Assembly: GCA_965219535.1 (NCBI GenBank)
Contig: CBDCNV010000002.1
Span: 690,001-722,000, forward strand
Direction: 5' to 3'
Source: Opitutales bacterium
GTDB lineage: Bacteria; Verrucomicrobiota; Verrucomicrobiia; Opitutales; PNEW01
Length of the DNA: 32,000 nt
Shown: positions 1 to 9,152 of the stretch, piece after piece
Numbering within the stretch: position 1 is the stretch's first letter
How the letters are laid out: each line of letters opens with the position of its first letter
Made by a program: the position numbers and the translations under genes
The notes under the pieces: model-generated
Databases searched by the model: none
What the model was told of the DNA's origin: nothing
The model's input: only the letters and a program-made list of their open reading frames with translations

Positions 1-425
1 CCACTGGCCTTGACGCTGCGGTAAAGGCGTCCGCTTTTTTGAGCGCTTCTGCGCCGACGCTTTTGCACCAGTCCCGCACGTTCCAAGACCCGTTTCACGC
101 TCGAGTCTGAGGGGGCCTTCCCGTAACGCCTCTGGTAAAGCTCGCGGATCTTGTAGGGGCCCCACGTCGGGTGATGATGCTTGAGTTTGATCAGCGTACA
201 TACTACTGATTCGGATAGTTCCTGAACACTTCCATGCGGTCGGCGTGAGCGCTCGTGCAACCCCTCCATCCCTTCGCTCAGGAAGCGCTTCTTCCATTTA
301 TACCCTGTCGGTCGGCTGATCCCGTAGTCTTCACACAGCTCGTTCATCTTTACTCCCGGTTGCATCGATTCCAGGGCGAATTGGTATCTTTGGTCCATTT
401 TATTTGTTTCCTTCCATGACATCAT
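1..425 (-). CDS. DDE transposase, N-terminal part (partial, continues beyond window start)
   Basis: Identical to the first 425 nt of the 29425-30615 transposase gene. ATG (as CAT) at 423-425. Confidence 0.9.
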   Translation of the reverse strand, partial: MMSWKETNKMDQRYQFALESMQPGVKMNELCEDYGISRPTGYKWKKRFLSEGMEGLHERSRRPHGSVQELSESVVCTLIKLKHHHPTWGPYKIRELYQRRYGKAPSDSSVKRVLERAGLVQKRRRRSAQKSGRLYRSVKAS

Positions 426-511
426 ACCCCTTACTTAGCATCCTTCTTTCTTTGGCAATCTGTAAAGGATGTCCTGAACCTTTTGTGTAAAGAATGTCTT
501 GAACCTATACC
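1..511 (-). mobile_element. IS481-family insertion sequence, copy 1 (truncated by window edge; its left/5' terminus is at 511)
   Basis: By manual comparison, the reverse complement of 1-511 is base-for-base identical to 29339-29849 of copy 2. It carries the terminal motifs CAAGACATTCTTTACAC and CAGGACATCCTTTACAG. Confidence 0.9.
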
Positions 512-611
512 GTCCCAGCACGCTTCTTCACTTACAACACTCTCTAACGCGCTAGGGAACAGCCGTCGCTGTGCAATGTTAGGCTATGGCCGTCAGGCAG
601 CCCGTTCCACC
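512..611 (+). repeat. X-family nested-hairpin (REP/BIME-like) element, left arm cut or abutted by IS copy 1
   Basis: Reads CAGCACGCTTCTT, a spacer, then AACGCGCTAGGGAACAGCCGTCGCTGTGCAATGTTAGGCTATGGCCGTCAGGCAGCCCGTTCCACC. Homologous to 28139-28283 and 31825-31930. Confidence 0.75.
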
Positions 612-638
612 TTATTGCTTAACACTTAAAACTTATCA
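611..638 (+). repeat. Degenerate heptamer array (CTTANNN)x4, pyrimidine-type
   Basis: cttattg cttaaca cttaaaa cttatca, directly before the stop (651-653) of the minus-strand gene. Complement of the TTAAGTG/TTAGGTG family. Confidence 0.7.
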
Positions 639-650
639 CTAGATCACACC

Positions 651-2870
651 TCATTCAATCGTCAACTCTTCAATGGCAACAGTGATTTCATCCCCGTCTT
701 CATTGGCAAAGGTGGCAACGATGCTCAGTGTCGGCTGAGGCGTTTCGTCAGACTTGAAGTTGTTCTGTGTAATCAGGGTTTCAAACCCAGTCGTTCTCGA
801 ACCACTCTCCGCGACGACGATCGAAGCGCCGTTCGTCTGCAAGAGGTCGCCTCCAGTGATCCGCAACCCAGGGTTGCCGGCGGCTACAGTGAAGGAACCT
901 TCTCCGAATAATAGGTGCGGCACCGCATCGCCATCGGCATCGATGTCGCCTACTGTTAAGCGTACCGCGATCGGCACGCCGCGCGCGTCCACACCCACTC
1001 TTCCGGTGCTTCCGCTGAAGACGGTGTTTGAAAGCTGTACCCCTCCCAGTCCCGTGGAGTTGACTACTTCCACGAGGGCCACGTCGGCCTGGGCGTCATA
1101 GACCTGTCCTTCGGGGAACAGCGCCTGGTTAAAGGCGTTGATCTTGCCCACTGTGAAGATGCTGAAGAAGGTATTGGCGTCCGCTCCATCGATGACCACG
1201 CTGGGCTTGCCCGTCACGTACTCAACCTGCTGGTTGTAGCGCGGGGGTATGGACGGGGGCAGGAAGGTGGCCGGATCCAGGGTTACAGTAAAGGTCCCGT
1301 TGCCTGAGAACTCTACCTGCACAATGTCTTCGGTTTCATCCATGAAGGAAACGCGGGTGATCTGTCCCGGTTTGGCCTGGAGTTGGACGGACTCTCCGGT
1401 GAGTAAAATCTGGTCGAAGATGTTACCGTTGGCATGCTGAATGTTTTCACCTGCGATATCGCCCGAGCCGTCGAGGACGAGGGGTACAGAGGGAGCTGCT
1501 ACGGTGATGACCGCGGTATCGCTGTCAGCGCTACCTCCGGCGTTAGTAATTTGTGCCCAGTAGTTCGTGCTCACAGTGAGAGCGCCGGTGGTTAAGGTGC
1601 CACTGGTGGCACCGGTTACGGGATTATTGGTGTCACCGCTGTTACCGGTATACCACTGGTAAGTAAGATCATCACCGCTCGCTGCTACGGTTAGAACGAC
1701 AGCGGTACCCGACTGTACTTCCTGGCTTGCCGGCTGCGTGGTGATGGATGGACCTGTTGCCGGGGGTGGTCCACCTCCACCATCGAACCCGGGTGCGCCA
1801 ATGGGGGTAAAGCCTAAGTCGTCGATGGCAACAGAGCTGAAAGTCGAATTTATGTTCGCATTATCGATTAAAAGAATCTTAGCAATGCCGCCCACCGCTC
1901 CCAATTCGCTGGCAACAAGTTTATACTGTGGAGCACCGGATGGCGGACGGATATTTGCCGGCAGTTCATTGTTTGTGAAAATTAAGTTATCTTCCGTGTC
2001 AAATGCCTGAATAGTCCCGTCGTTTTCGCCACCTGATGATGACTGGAGGGCTCCCGCAAAGAATTGAACCCGAGCCGCAGGCGTCTCAAAAGTGATCGTT
2101 CCCGTTTCACCATTTAATACTTTCCAATGTACTCGACCCGAACGGAGTTGAAAGAATGTTGGGTCTTCTCCAGCTATGAATATAAAGCCGTCGGTAAAAG
2201 TGGCCGTGAACGGAGATACACCAACAACATTGTCCTGAAATCCTTCAGGAAATTCTTCAAAAGTGGTGAATGCGGTGTTGTTTGTCGGCCCGTCTACGAG
2301 CGTATAACCCACATCGTCGATGACTAATTTGCCGGTAACATTGACAAACTTAAGCTCTCTCATCCCGTCAAAGAGATTGAGATCCGATTCGTCGAGGAAA
2401 GCTCCACTGAAGGCGACGAAACGTTGTGGCGAAGGATTGGTATCGGGATTTATACTTGTTGGCAACCCGTTTACAACTCCTTGCGGATTTACTAAGTAGA
2501 ATTCATCACGTCCCTGAGGTATATCTCGGGTATCGATAGTTCCACGGACCTCGATCTTACCGGCACCCGTGTTCTCGGCCACGTAAAATTCGATTTCAGC
2601 AATCCCTTTGTTCGTGAATATTTTCCCTTCCTCACCGGGCCCCAGGGTTATTGCTTTGCTCCCCGAGTGCAACAGATTGGGGTCTTCCAATGTCTCCACC
2701 GTGAAACCGATAAAACGGACATCATTAGGCGGATCACCGAGAGTAAAGTCGACCGAACCTTCAGCATCTTCAAAATCTAAAAATACTTCCTGGTCTTGCG
2801 GAAGCGCATAAATAAAAAACGGTGTGATTAATGAAATAAGTAGTACCGATACATTATTTTTATAATTCAT
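651..2870 (-). CDS. Secreted protein with bacterial Ig-like domain, function unknown
   Basis: Long ORF. The ATG at 2870 gives a signal-peptide-like MNYKNNVSVLLISLITPFFIYALP (the track start at 2906 is TTG). Ig-like module ITTQPASQEVQSGTAVVLTV..LTYQWY..AVITV. Confidence 0.7.
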   Translation of the reverse strand: MNYKNNVSVLLISLITPFFIYALPQDQEVFLDFEDAEGSVDFTLGDPPNDVRFIGFTVETLEDPNLLHSGSKAITLGPGEEGKIFTNKGIAEIEFYVAENTGAGKIEVRGTIDTRDIPQGRDEFYLVNPQGVVNGLPTSINPDTNPSPQRFVAFSGAFLDESDLNLFDGMRELKFVNVTGKLVIDDVGYTLVDGPTNNTAFTTFEEFPEGFQDNVVGVSPFTATFTDGFIFIAGEDPTFFQLRSGRVHWKVLNGETGTITFETPAARVQFFAGALQSSSGGENDGTIQAFDTEDNLIFTNNELPANIRPPSGAPQYKLVASELGAVGGIAKILLIDNANINSTFSSVAIDDLGFTPIGAPGFDGGGGPPPATGPSITTQPASQEVQSGTAVVLTVAASGDDLTYQWYTGNSGDTNNPVTGATSGTLTTGALTVSTNYWAQITNAGGSADSDTAVITVAAPSVPLVLDGSGDIAGENIQHANGNIFDQILLTGESVQLQAKPGQITRVSFMDETEDIVQVEFSGNGTFTVTLDPATFLPPSIPPRYNQQVEYVTGKPSVVIDGADANTFFSIFTVGKINAFNQALFPEGQVYDAQADVALVEVVNSTGLGGVQLSNTVFSGSTGRVGVDARGVPIAVRLTVGDIDADGDAVPHLLFGEGSFTVAAGNPGLRITGGDLLQTNGASIVVAESGSRTTGFETLITQNNFKSDETPQPTLSIVATFANEDGDEITVAIEELTIE

Positions 2871-3030
2871 ATTGACCCCAGTATTTGAATTAAACTTTAA
2901 TCCCAAGTAATTACGACTGCCTTAATTTTACAATTAATCATGCTAAAAATAGAGTTCAACTGTTAATTAAAATTTTTATATGTTTATTCCCCATCCACGT
3001 TTATTAGCATCACCGTTTTGACTAAGCACG

Positions 3031-6000
3031 ATGAATCGTGCTTTAAAATACCTCGGCCTTCTTCTCCTCACGGGCTGTTGTTTTTTCGGCTTCTTGTATT
3101 TCTGGAGTGATGTCTTAAAGCCGGTACTGGAGGAGGACCCCATTCGCTATAGTCCGGAGGTACTCGAGTATACGGATGAGTTAAGAGACGTTAGTTTTAC
3201 GGCGGAAGATACCTATAAAATACAGCGGGATGTCGATTACCGCGAGGGTGAATCCGGCCGTTGGTATCCCAAGAGTGAGTCGCCCATCCTGGCTGAACTC
3301 GTAGAGGAGGGTAAGCTTCCATCGGTGGCTGAGCGCGTGGGGACCGAGCCGGTTGTGCTTGAGGGGGTGGACGGTATCGGCAATTATGGGGGCACCTGGT
3401 TTCGCGCCGAATGGTCGCAGTACAATATAAGTCTCATCGAAAGCTTTCTCTCCGGGGCAACCCTTGTTCGCTGGTCACCGCTTGGCTACCCGATTGTTCC
3501 GCATGTGGCCAAAGGATGGGAATCCAGCCCTGATAAGAAGGAATGGACTGTCTCTCTACGCAAAGGAATGAAATGGTCGGATGGTCATCCTTTCACCGCT
3601 GACGACATACTCTTCTGGTACTACCAGGAAGTAAAACTTGATTATATCGAAGACACTTTACGGGGAGATTGGATGACCGTGGGTGGCGCGCAGGGAGAAA
3701 TTGTAAAAATAGATGATTACACCCTGAAATTTATTTTTCCAAAATCCTATGGGGTGTTCATCGAACAACTGGCGCGTGCCTGGTGGTTTTGTTCACCTCG
3801 TCACTACATGGAAAAGTATCATCCGGACCTCGGCAACGATGAACTCATTGAAAAGACGATGGATGCGAGAAGACTGCCATCACGTAAGAGTTTATATCTT
3901 TTACTGAAAAAGTGGTTCAACCCTGAACACCCGCGACTCTGGCCCTGGGTATATCGCAATTACAAAGCTAATCCCCCCCAGATTTTTGTGCGCAATCCCT
4001 ACTACTGGGCGGTCGACACTGTCGGTAACCAGCTTCCCTATGTAGATAGAATGCATTACGATATAAAAAGCCAGAAGTTCATACCTATCGTCGCCGCAAA
4101 TGGAGCCGTTACCTTTTCCATATATATCATGGATTTATATTACACCATGCTAATGACTGAACGCGAAGCGGGTGGATACGAAGTCTATCACTGGTTTCCC
4201 GCTTCCCGCTCGCGGTATCAGGTTTATCCAAATTTCAATTTCCGGATCGATCCCGATGATCCGGTGACCCAAATGAAGCATGACCTCATTAACGACAAAC
4301 GATTTCGCCAGGCACTGTCCCTCGCGATCAATCGACGACAGATAATCGACACGGTATACAATGGAGTGGGAGAGCCCGCGCAGTTATCGCCCGGAAGAGA
4401 ATCGTATTTTCACCATGAAAAACTTCACAAGAGCTTCACCGAATTTGCGCCCGAGAAGGCTGACATTTTACTTGATGCCCTCGGGTTGACATTCAGGGAT
4501 TCAGAGGGTTACCGCACATTCAAGGATGGAACACGCATGGTCTGGTATTATACCCTGTCACAGGGAGAAGACGAGGGGCCTACGGAACTCATCCTCGAGG
4601 ACTGGGGTCACGTAGGCGTTCGCTTTATCCTGCGACAACCATCGCATGCCCTCTTTAATCTTGAAGTAAAAACCGGCAAATTGGAGTTCTCCGTTGGACC
4701 AGGAAACAGTGAATACAGCCCCGTAATGGGTCCAATGTTTTTTGCCGGTTTAACGACAACTCAAGCTTACGGCTATTGGAGTTGGTATATGCGAGGTGGC
4801 CTCTATGGAAATCCTGAAGCTGTGGAATTAGGAGGTATCGAACCGCCGGAGGATCATCTTCTGCGAAGGGCCATGGAACTGGTCGAAGAATCATACGGCG
4901 CCATGAACCGTGAAGAGCAGCGGGATATTTTCAATAAACTGTTCGACATCGCGGCGGAGAATCTCTGGACGATAAATATAACTACTCCACCCCCACATCC
5001 AGTGGTCGTAAAAAACGGATTTAAAAACGTGCCCCGCAATGCTCTCTATGGAGCGCGTTTCAGTCCACCGGCTTTGACCGGTATCGAAACTTACTTTTTC
5101 GACGAACCTTATGATTCACCGGGTGCCATTGCCCAGATCAAAAATGAAATGATCGAAGTGACCCCCGCTCCTTACGGCACCGATGAAGACGAACTGCAAT
5201 TGAACAGTTACGAGCGATTGGTATGGTTAATAAAAAACCTATTACTGGGCATCGCGGTTTGTGGCATTATCATGGTCGGGGTACGGCATCCGTATGTAGG
5301 CAGGCGATTACTTATCATGATACCGACCCTTCTCATTATATCGGTGATCTCTTTTTTTATCATCCAGCTGCCACCGGGTAGTTACGTCGAGACCAAGATC
5401 TTTGAGCTGCAGTTAAGAGGGGGACCAATGGCTATCGATGAAGCTAAAGAACTGCGCGAGATTTATCATCTAGATAAACCCTTCCCCGAACGTTACTCCC
5501 GCTGGCTCGGATTGAACTGGTTTACTTCCTTTGGACGAAAAGACCAGGGTTTACTTCAAGGCTACATGGGGCTGTCGATGGAGAACCAGAGCACGGTTAA
5601 TGAGTTAGCAGGTAATCGTATTCTCCTCACCTTTCTTATATCGTTAGGAACTATTCTCTTCACTTGGACACTGGCGCTTCCAATTGGAATTTATTCGGCC
5701 GTGCGGCAGTATACTTTAAGTGATTATTTCTTTACCTTGATAGGTTTCATCGGGATGAGTATCCCCAGTTTTCTTCTCGCCTTGATCCTTCTTTACTGGA
5801 GCCGGGAGTACCTGGGGATAAACATTTCAGGATTGTTTTCGCCTGACTATGCGGCTCAACCTGAATGGACGCGGGGTAAGATTATTGATATGTTGAAACA
5901 TATCTGGGTGCCGATCGTTGTCCTTGGTGTCACGGGAACGGCAAGCATGATTCGCATCATGCGCGGGAACTTGCTCGATGAATTAAAAAAACCCTACGTT

Positions 6001-6318
6001 ATTACCGCGATGGCAAAAGGGGTGCGCCCTTTAAAATTGTTGCTTAAATATCCTGTGCGATTGGCGCTCAATCCCTTTATCTCGGGCATTGGAGTGCTCT
6101 TTCCTCAATTGATTTCCGGTGGCGCGATCGTCGCGATGGTTCTCAGCCTGCCCACCGTCGGACCCTTATTATTGGAATCACTTTTACTCGAGGATATGTA
6201 TGTAGCGGGATCAATGCTCATGGTGCTCAGCCTGCTCGGAGTTCTGGGCACCCTGGTCAGCGATCTCCTCCTCATCTGGCTCGATCCCCGAATACGGATG
6301 GAAAGTGGAGCACGATGA
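3031..6318 (+). CDS. Fused ABC transporter solute-binding protein (family 5, DppA/OppA-like) and DppB/OppB-type permease
   Basis: 1095 aa. N-terminal TM anchor, about 700 aa of SBP-like region, and a linker TM (LVWLIKNLLLGIAVCGIIMVGV). Then a permease N-terminus (RRLLIMIPTLLIISVISFFIIQLPPG) and an EAA-loop-like region (ITAMAKGVRPLKLLLKYPVRLALNP). Confidence 0.75.
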   Translation: MNRALKYLGLLLLTGCCFFGFLYFWSDVLKPVLEEDPIRYSPEVLEYTDELRDVSFTAEDTYKIQRDVDYREGESGRWYPKSESPILAELVEEGKLPSVAERVGTEPVVLEGVDGIGNYGGTWFRAEWSQYNISLIESFLSGATLVRWSPLGYPIVPHVAKGWESSPDKKEWTVSLRKGMKWSDGHPFTADDILFWYYQEVKLDYIEDTLRGDWMTVGGAQGEIVKIDDYTLKFIFPKSYGVFIEQLARAWWFCSPRHYMEKYHPDLGNDELIEKTMDARRLPSRKSLYLLLKKWFNPEHPRLWPWVYRNYKANPPQIFVRNPYYWAVDTVGNQLPYVDRMHYDIKSQKFIPIVAANGAVTFSIYIMDLYYTMLMTEREAGGYEVYHWFPASRSRYQVYPNFNFRIDPDDPVTQMKHDLINDKRFRQALSLAINRRQIIDTVYNGVGEPAQLSPGRESYFHHEKLHKSFTEFAPEKADILLDALGLTFRDSEGYRTFKDGTRMVWYYTLSQGEDEGPTELILEDWGHVGVRFILRQPSHALFNLEVKTGKLEFSVGPGNSEYSPVMGPMFFAGLTTTQAYGYWSWYMRGGLYGNPEAVELGGIEPPEDHLLRRAMELVEESYGAMNREEQRDIFNKLFDIAAENLWTINITTPPPHPVVVKNGFKNVPRNALYGARFSPPALTGIETYFFDEPYDSPGAIAQIKNEMIEVTPAPYGTDEDELQLNSYERLVWLIKNLLLGIAVCGIIMVGVRHPYVGRRLLIMIPTLLIISVISFFIIQLPPGSYVETKIFELQLRGGPMAIDEAKELREIYHLDKPFPERYSRWLGLNWFTSFGRKDQGLLQGYMGLSMENQSTVNELAGNRILLTFLISLGTILFTWTLALPIGIYSAVRQYTLSDYFFTLIGFIGMSIPSFLLALILLYWSREYLGINISGLFSPDYAAQPEWTRGKIIDMLKHIWVPIVVLGVTGTASMIRIMRGNLLDELKKPYVITAMAKGVRPLKLLLKYPVRLALNPFISGIGVLFPQLISGGAIVAMVLSLPTVGPLLLESLLLEDMYVAGSMLMVLSLLGVLGTLVSDLLLIWLDPRIRMESGAR

Positions 6319-6433
6319 GGCGCTTCCAGAAAGCCGGATAACCCGAAAACCAGAAGGCCAGACAACTGGACATCAGTACGAGGGTAATGCCTGACATCCC
6401 CAAACCGTTAGGAACAATCCGCAATTGCTTAAT

Positions 6434-6468
6434 CCCGAACCCTGAACCGTGAACCGTGAACCCCGAAC
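6434..6468 (+). repeat. Heptamer array (CNNGAAC)x5, complement of GGTTCAG family
   Basis: cccgaac cctgaac cgtgaac cgtgaac cccgaac. The last unit overlaps the stop codon (6468-6470) of the minus-strand PhyH gene. Confidence 0.85.
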
Positions 6469-7265
6469 TACTTAATCCTCATCACCTGTTGCGCATGATC
6501 GGAGAGACTGTCCCGGAGTTCGCAAGGTATCATATCTTCCGTAGGTTCAAGTGTCTTACCGCTGTAAAACCAGGGACGGCTGAAATGCATGATGAGATCA
6601 TCGCGTGGGTGATCGGAGACGTTGGGCGTTCCGCGGTGGAGAAGACGGAGGTCAAAGAGCCAGATGGATCCGCGTTTCACATTGAGACGAACCGGGTAGT
6701 AGTTGCCGATGCGAGTCGTGTCTTCGCCCAGAACGTGATCGAACCATTTTCCTCTTCTTCCATTGATTAGAGAATGACAAACTTCCCTGTCCGCGATGTA
6801 ATGACTGCCGGGCAGCACTTCAATGCTGCCATTCTCCTCCGTCGAATTGACGAGGGGAATGCGAAGGGCGAGCATGATCGGCGGAGTCATCAATCCCGGA
6901 AAGAGAGGTTCCACATCGCGATGCCACCGCTGATAGACGGCGCCGGGAAACGGCGTGAGCGAACTGTAATCTTGGAAGATATATTCTTCCCCGAGAAAAC
7001 TTTCAAAAAGTTTAACGAGGGTGGGATGATCAAAGATCGCCGCGTCGACAAAGGGACGCTCAAGAGGAATATCGATGGCGTAACGGTTCGGTCCCCGGTT
7101 GGGATTGTCCCCCTGCCTTTCAATTTCCCGGTCACGAATCGGCAACCACGCTGCGTTGATCCGATCGAGAATGTCAATGGGGATAAAGTCTTCAATTACG
7201 ATAAACCCGTTAATCTTTAATTCTTCAATCAGTTGATCGCTATTTATCTCTGCCACTTCGCGCAT
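6468..7265 (-). CDS. PhyH-family Fe(II)/2-oxoglutarate dioxygenase
   Basis: 265 aa with WHRDVEP (HxD), LPGSH and a distal LLHRGTPN. N-terminus typical of phytanoyl-CoA dioxygenase-like proteins. Confidence 0.8.
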   Translation of the reverse strand: MREVAEINSDQLIEELKINGFIVIEDFIPIDILDRINAAWLPIRDREIERQGDNPNRGPNRYAIDIPLERPFVDAAIFDHPTLVKLFESFLGEEYIFQDYSSLTPFPGAVYQRWHRDVEPLFPGLMTPPIMLALRIPLVNSTEENGSIEVLPGSHYIADREVCHSLINGRRGKWFDHVLGEDTTRIGNYYPVRLNVKRGSIWLFDLRLLHRGTPNVSDHPRDDLIMHFSRPWFYSGKTLEPTEDMIPCELRDSLSDHAQQVMRIK

Positions 7266-7274
7266 GAGTGATAA

Positions 7275-7298
7275 GTCAAAAGGTCAAAAAGTCAAAAG
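7275..7298 (+). repeat. Octamer array (GTCAAAAR)x3
   Basis: gtcaaaag gtcaaaaa gtcaaaag, 9 nt from the ATG of the minus-strand gene. It reads TTTTGAC in that gene's sense direction. Confidence 0.9.
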
Positions 7299-7403
7299 GG
7301 AATGCGCTTTTGCGCGAATAAGGAAAATGGTTCACGTTAACCGTTCATCCGTATTTTACTATTTCTTTTAACCGCATATTCAGGCATTCTCACTTCCATT
7401 TCC

Positions 7404-7419
7404 TTTTTGACTTTTTGAC
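7404..7419 (+). repeat. Octamer array (TTTTTGAC)x2
   Basis: tttttgac tttttgac, 7 nt upstream of ATG 7427. Inverted with respect to 7275-7298 across the divergent spacer. Confidence 0.9.
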
Positions 7420-7426
7420 TTTCCCC

Positions 7427-8188
7427 ATGAGTGGACTGGCAGCAATACTATACACGGTTAGGGATTTTACCCAGACTCCTGCCGCGATGGTTGAAACGCT
7501 CAATAAAGTTAGGTCTATCGGCTACAACCATATTGAGTTAGCAGGACAAGGCCCCATTGATCCGAAAGAATTAAAACAGATGGTGGATGGTGAAGGTTTG
7601 AGTATATGTTCAACCCATACGAACTTAAACCGATTGCGCGATGACCTCGATACCGTTATTGAGGAGCATCAACTCTGGGAGTGTAAGCATATTGCGATTG
7701 GAGGATTGCCAAAGGAAGACCATAATGAAGATGGTTATAAACGGTTCGCGAAAGAAGGTTCCGAGATTGGGCGAAAACTTAAAGAGCAGGGATTATCCTT
7801 CAGCTATCACAACCACTGGATGGAACTTGATAAATACAATTCCCGGACCGGAATGGAGATACTCGCTGAGGAGAGTGATCCTGAAACTTTTTTCTTTGAG
7901 ATTGATACCTGCTGGCTTCAGTTTGCCGGCGGAGATCCATCGACATCGATAAGAAAATTAAAAGGGAGACAACACCTGGTCCACTTCAAGGACATGATAT
8001 TACCTTCTACCGATAATAATGCGACTCTTGAAGTAGGTGAGGGCAGTCTGGACTTCCCATCGATTATTGAGGCATGTAAAGACGCCGGTGTTCAGTGGCA
8101 CATCATCGAACAGGATTTTTGTCCCGGTGATCCTTTCGAAAGCATAGCCAAAAGCTATCGCAATCTAAAAGAAATGGGGATGAATTAG
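7427..8188 (+). CDS. Sugar phosphate isomerase/epimerase (xylose isomerase-like TIM barrel)
   Basis: 253 aa from ATG 7427 (the track start at 7415 is TTG, inside the repeat). Motifs IELAGQG, FSYHNHWMEL, FEIDTCW and HFKD. Confidence 0.75.
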   Translation: MSGLAAILYTVRDFTQTPAAMVETLNKVRSIGYNHIELAGQGPIDPKELKQMVDGEGLSICSTHTNLNRLRDDLDTVIEEHQLWECKHIAIGGLPKEDHNEDGYKRFAKEGSEIGRKLKEQGLSFSYHNHWMELDKYNSRTGMEILAEESDPETFFFEIDTCWLQFAGGDPSTSIRKLKGRQHLVHFKDMILPSTDNNATLEVGEGSLDFPSIIEACKDAGVQWHIIEQDFCPGDPFESIAKSYRNLKEMGMN

Positions 8189-8328
8189 TCAAAAAGTCTA
8201 TTCCCCTTTTGTCATTGCGAGGGAGGCGTAGCCAACTGCGGCAAACCAGAAAGTCTTATCAATATAATTCTGAACTGTTAAACTTGAACCATCTTCACCT
8301 GACACTTGATTCCTTTTGACTTTTTGAC
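8188..8328 (+). repeat. MITE-like whole-spacer element with inverted GTCAAAAAGTC / GACTTTTTGAC termini and GTCATTGCGAG core
   Basis: gtcaaaaagtctattccccttttgtcattgcgag...ccagaaag...ccttttgactttttgac. Homologous in layout and sequence to 10555-10671. Its termini touch both flanking stop codons. Confidence 0.7.
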
Positions 8329-9149
8329 TAATCTTCAAACAGCGAGGGGAAGTGCCGGTAGGGGTCACCGGGTTCTGAGAAGAGGATCTTCTGACGCGGG
8401 GTCAGTTCCGTGTTCGTGGGCGGTTCTACCAGTTTTCCGGACCACGAAATATGTGACACACAATATTTATAGAGGAGGGTTCTTCGATCGTGCTTTCCGA
8501 TCCAGGGTGTAGTTCCATGGATTAATGCCTCGGTAAATAAAATAACGGAACCTGCGGGAGCGGAGGGGATTACTACACAAGGTGCTTTTTCTGGTGCATC
8601 AAATATCTCTTGTGGCAATCGGTAGTTACTCTTATGACTGCCGGGGATGCAATAAATCCCACCAGAATCGGGTCCAGTGTCAGTTAGATTCCAACTAACG
8701 ACGACAAACCCATTGAGAATTTCATTGTCACGAACATGATAATATTCTCCTGGCCGAGCCTCAGATTTTAAATAATGTCCGGGTAAACCTTTCTCACGCC
8801 CTACTGTCTTTGATGCGCCATAGTCTGCGTGTAGTTCACCACCTGGCGTCCCTTCACGTAATTGAAAGCCGAATAAACGATCAAGACGAAAGCAGTCACC
8901 CAATCTGGATTGAAGGATCGGCATGATCTTGGGATGATCGAGTAAATCACAGAATGGCTTCCCCCATTCTAAAAAACCAGATCCCCCTTCGGGTGCTCGA
9001 CCAAAGTTTTTTCTTTCTCCAGTCATTGGTATATCCTGCTTATCGAGCAGTGCATTTAAAGTGGCGACTTCCTCTTTGCTCAGGACATTTTCAAATACAA
9101 GGTAACCCTGCAAATCGAATAAGTACTGTTGCAATTCCAGATCGCTCAT
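8328..9149 (-). CDS. PhyH-family Fe(II)/2-oxoglutarate dioxygenase
   Basis: 273 aa. N-terminus LQQYLFDLQGYLVFENVLSKEEV, then LHADYG (HxD), CIPGSHKS and a distal ALIHGTTPW. Confidence 0.8.
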   Translation of the reverse strand: MSDLELQQYLFDLQGYLVFENVLSKEEVATLNALLDKQDIPMTGERKNFGRAPEGGSGFLEWGKPFCDLLDHPKIMPILQSRLGDCFRLDRLFGFQLREGTPGGELHADYGASKTVGREKGLPGHYLKSEARPGEYYHVRDNEILNGFVVVSWNLTDTGPDSGGIYCIPGSHKSNYRLPQEIFDAPEKAPCVVIPSAPAGSVILFTEALIHGTTPWIGKHDRRTLLYKYCVSHISWSGKLVEPPTNTELTPRQKILFSEPGDPYRHFPSLFED

Positions 9150-9152
9150 GAT

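Noticed and set aside
2871-2906. Upstream TTG starts proposed by the ORF track (2906 for the Ig-domain protein, 7415 for the TIM-barrel protein).
   Set aside because: The downstream ATGs (2870 and 7427) give a cleaner signal peptide in one case. In the other they avoid starting inside the TTTTTGAC repeat. The upstream codons are not supported by any motif.
7404-7426. TTGAC within the TTTTGAC units acting as a sigma-70 -35 box.
   Set aside because: The last unit lies only 6-12 nt from the ATG, which leaves no room for a spacer, a -10 element and a leader. The same units also flank stop codons.
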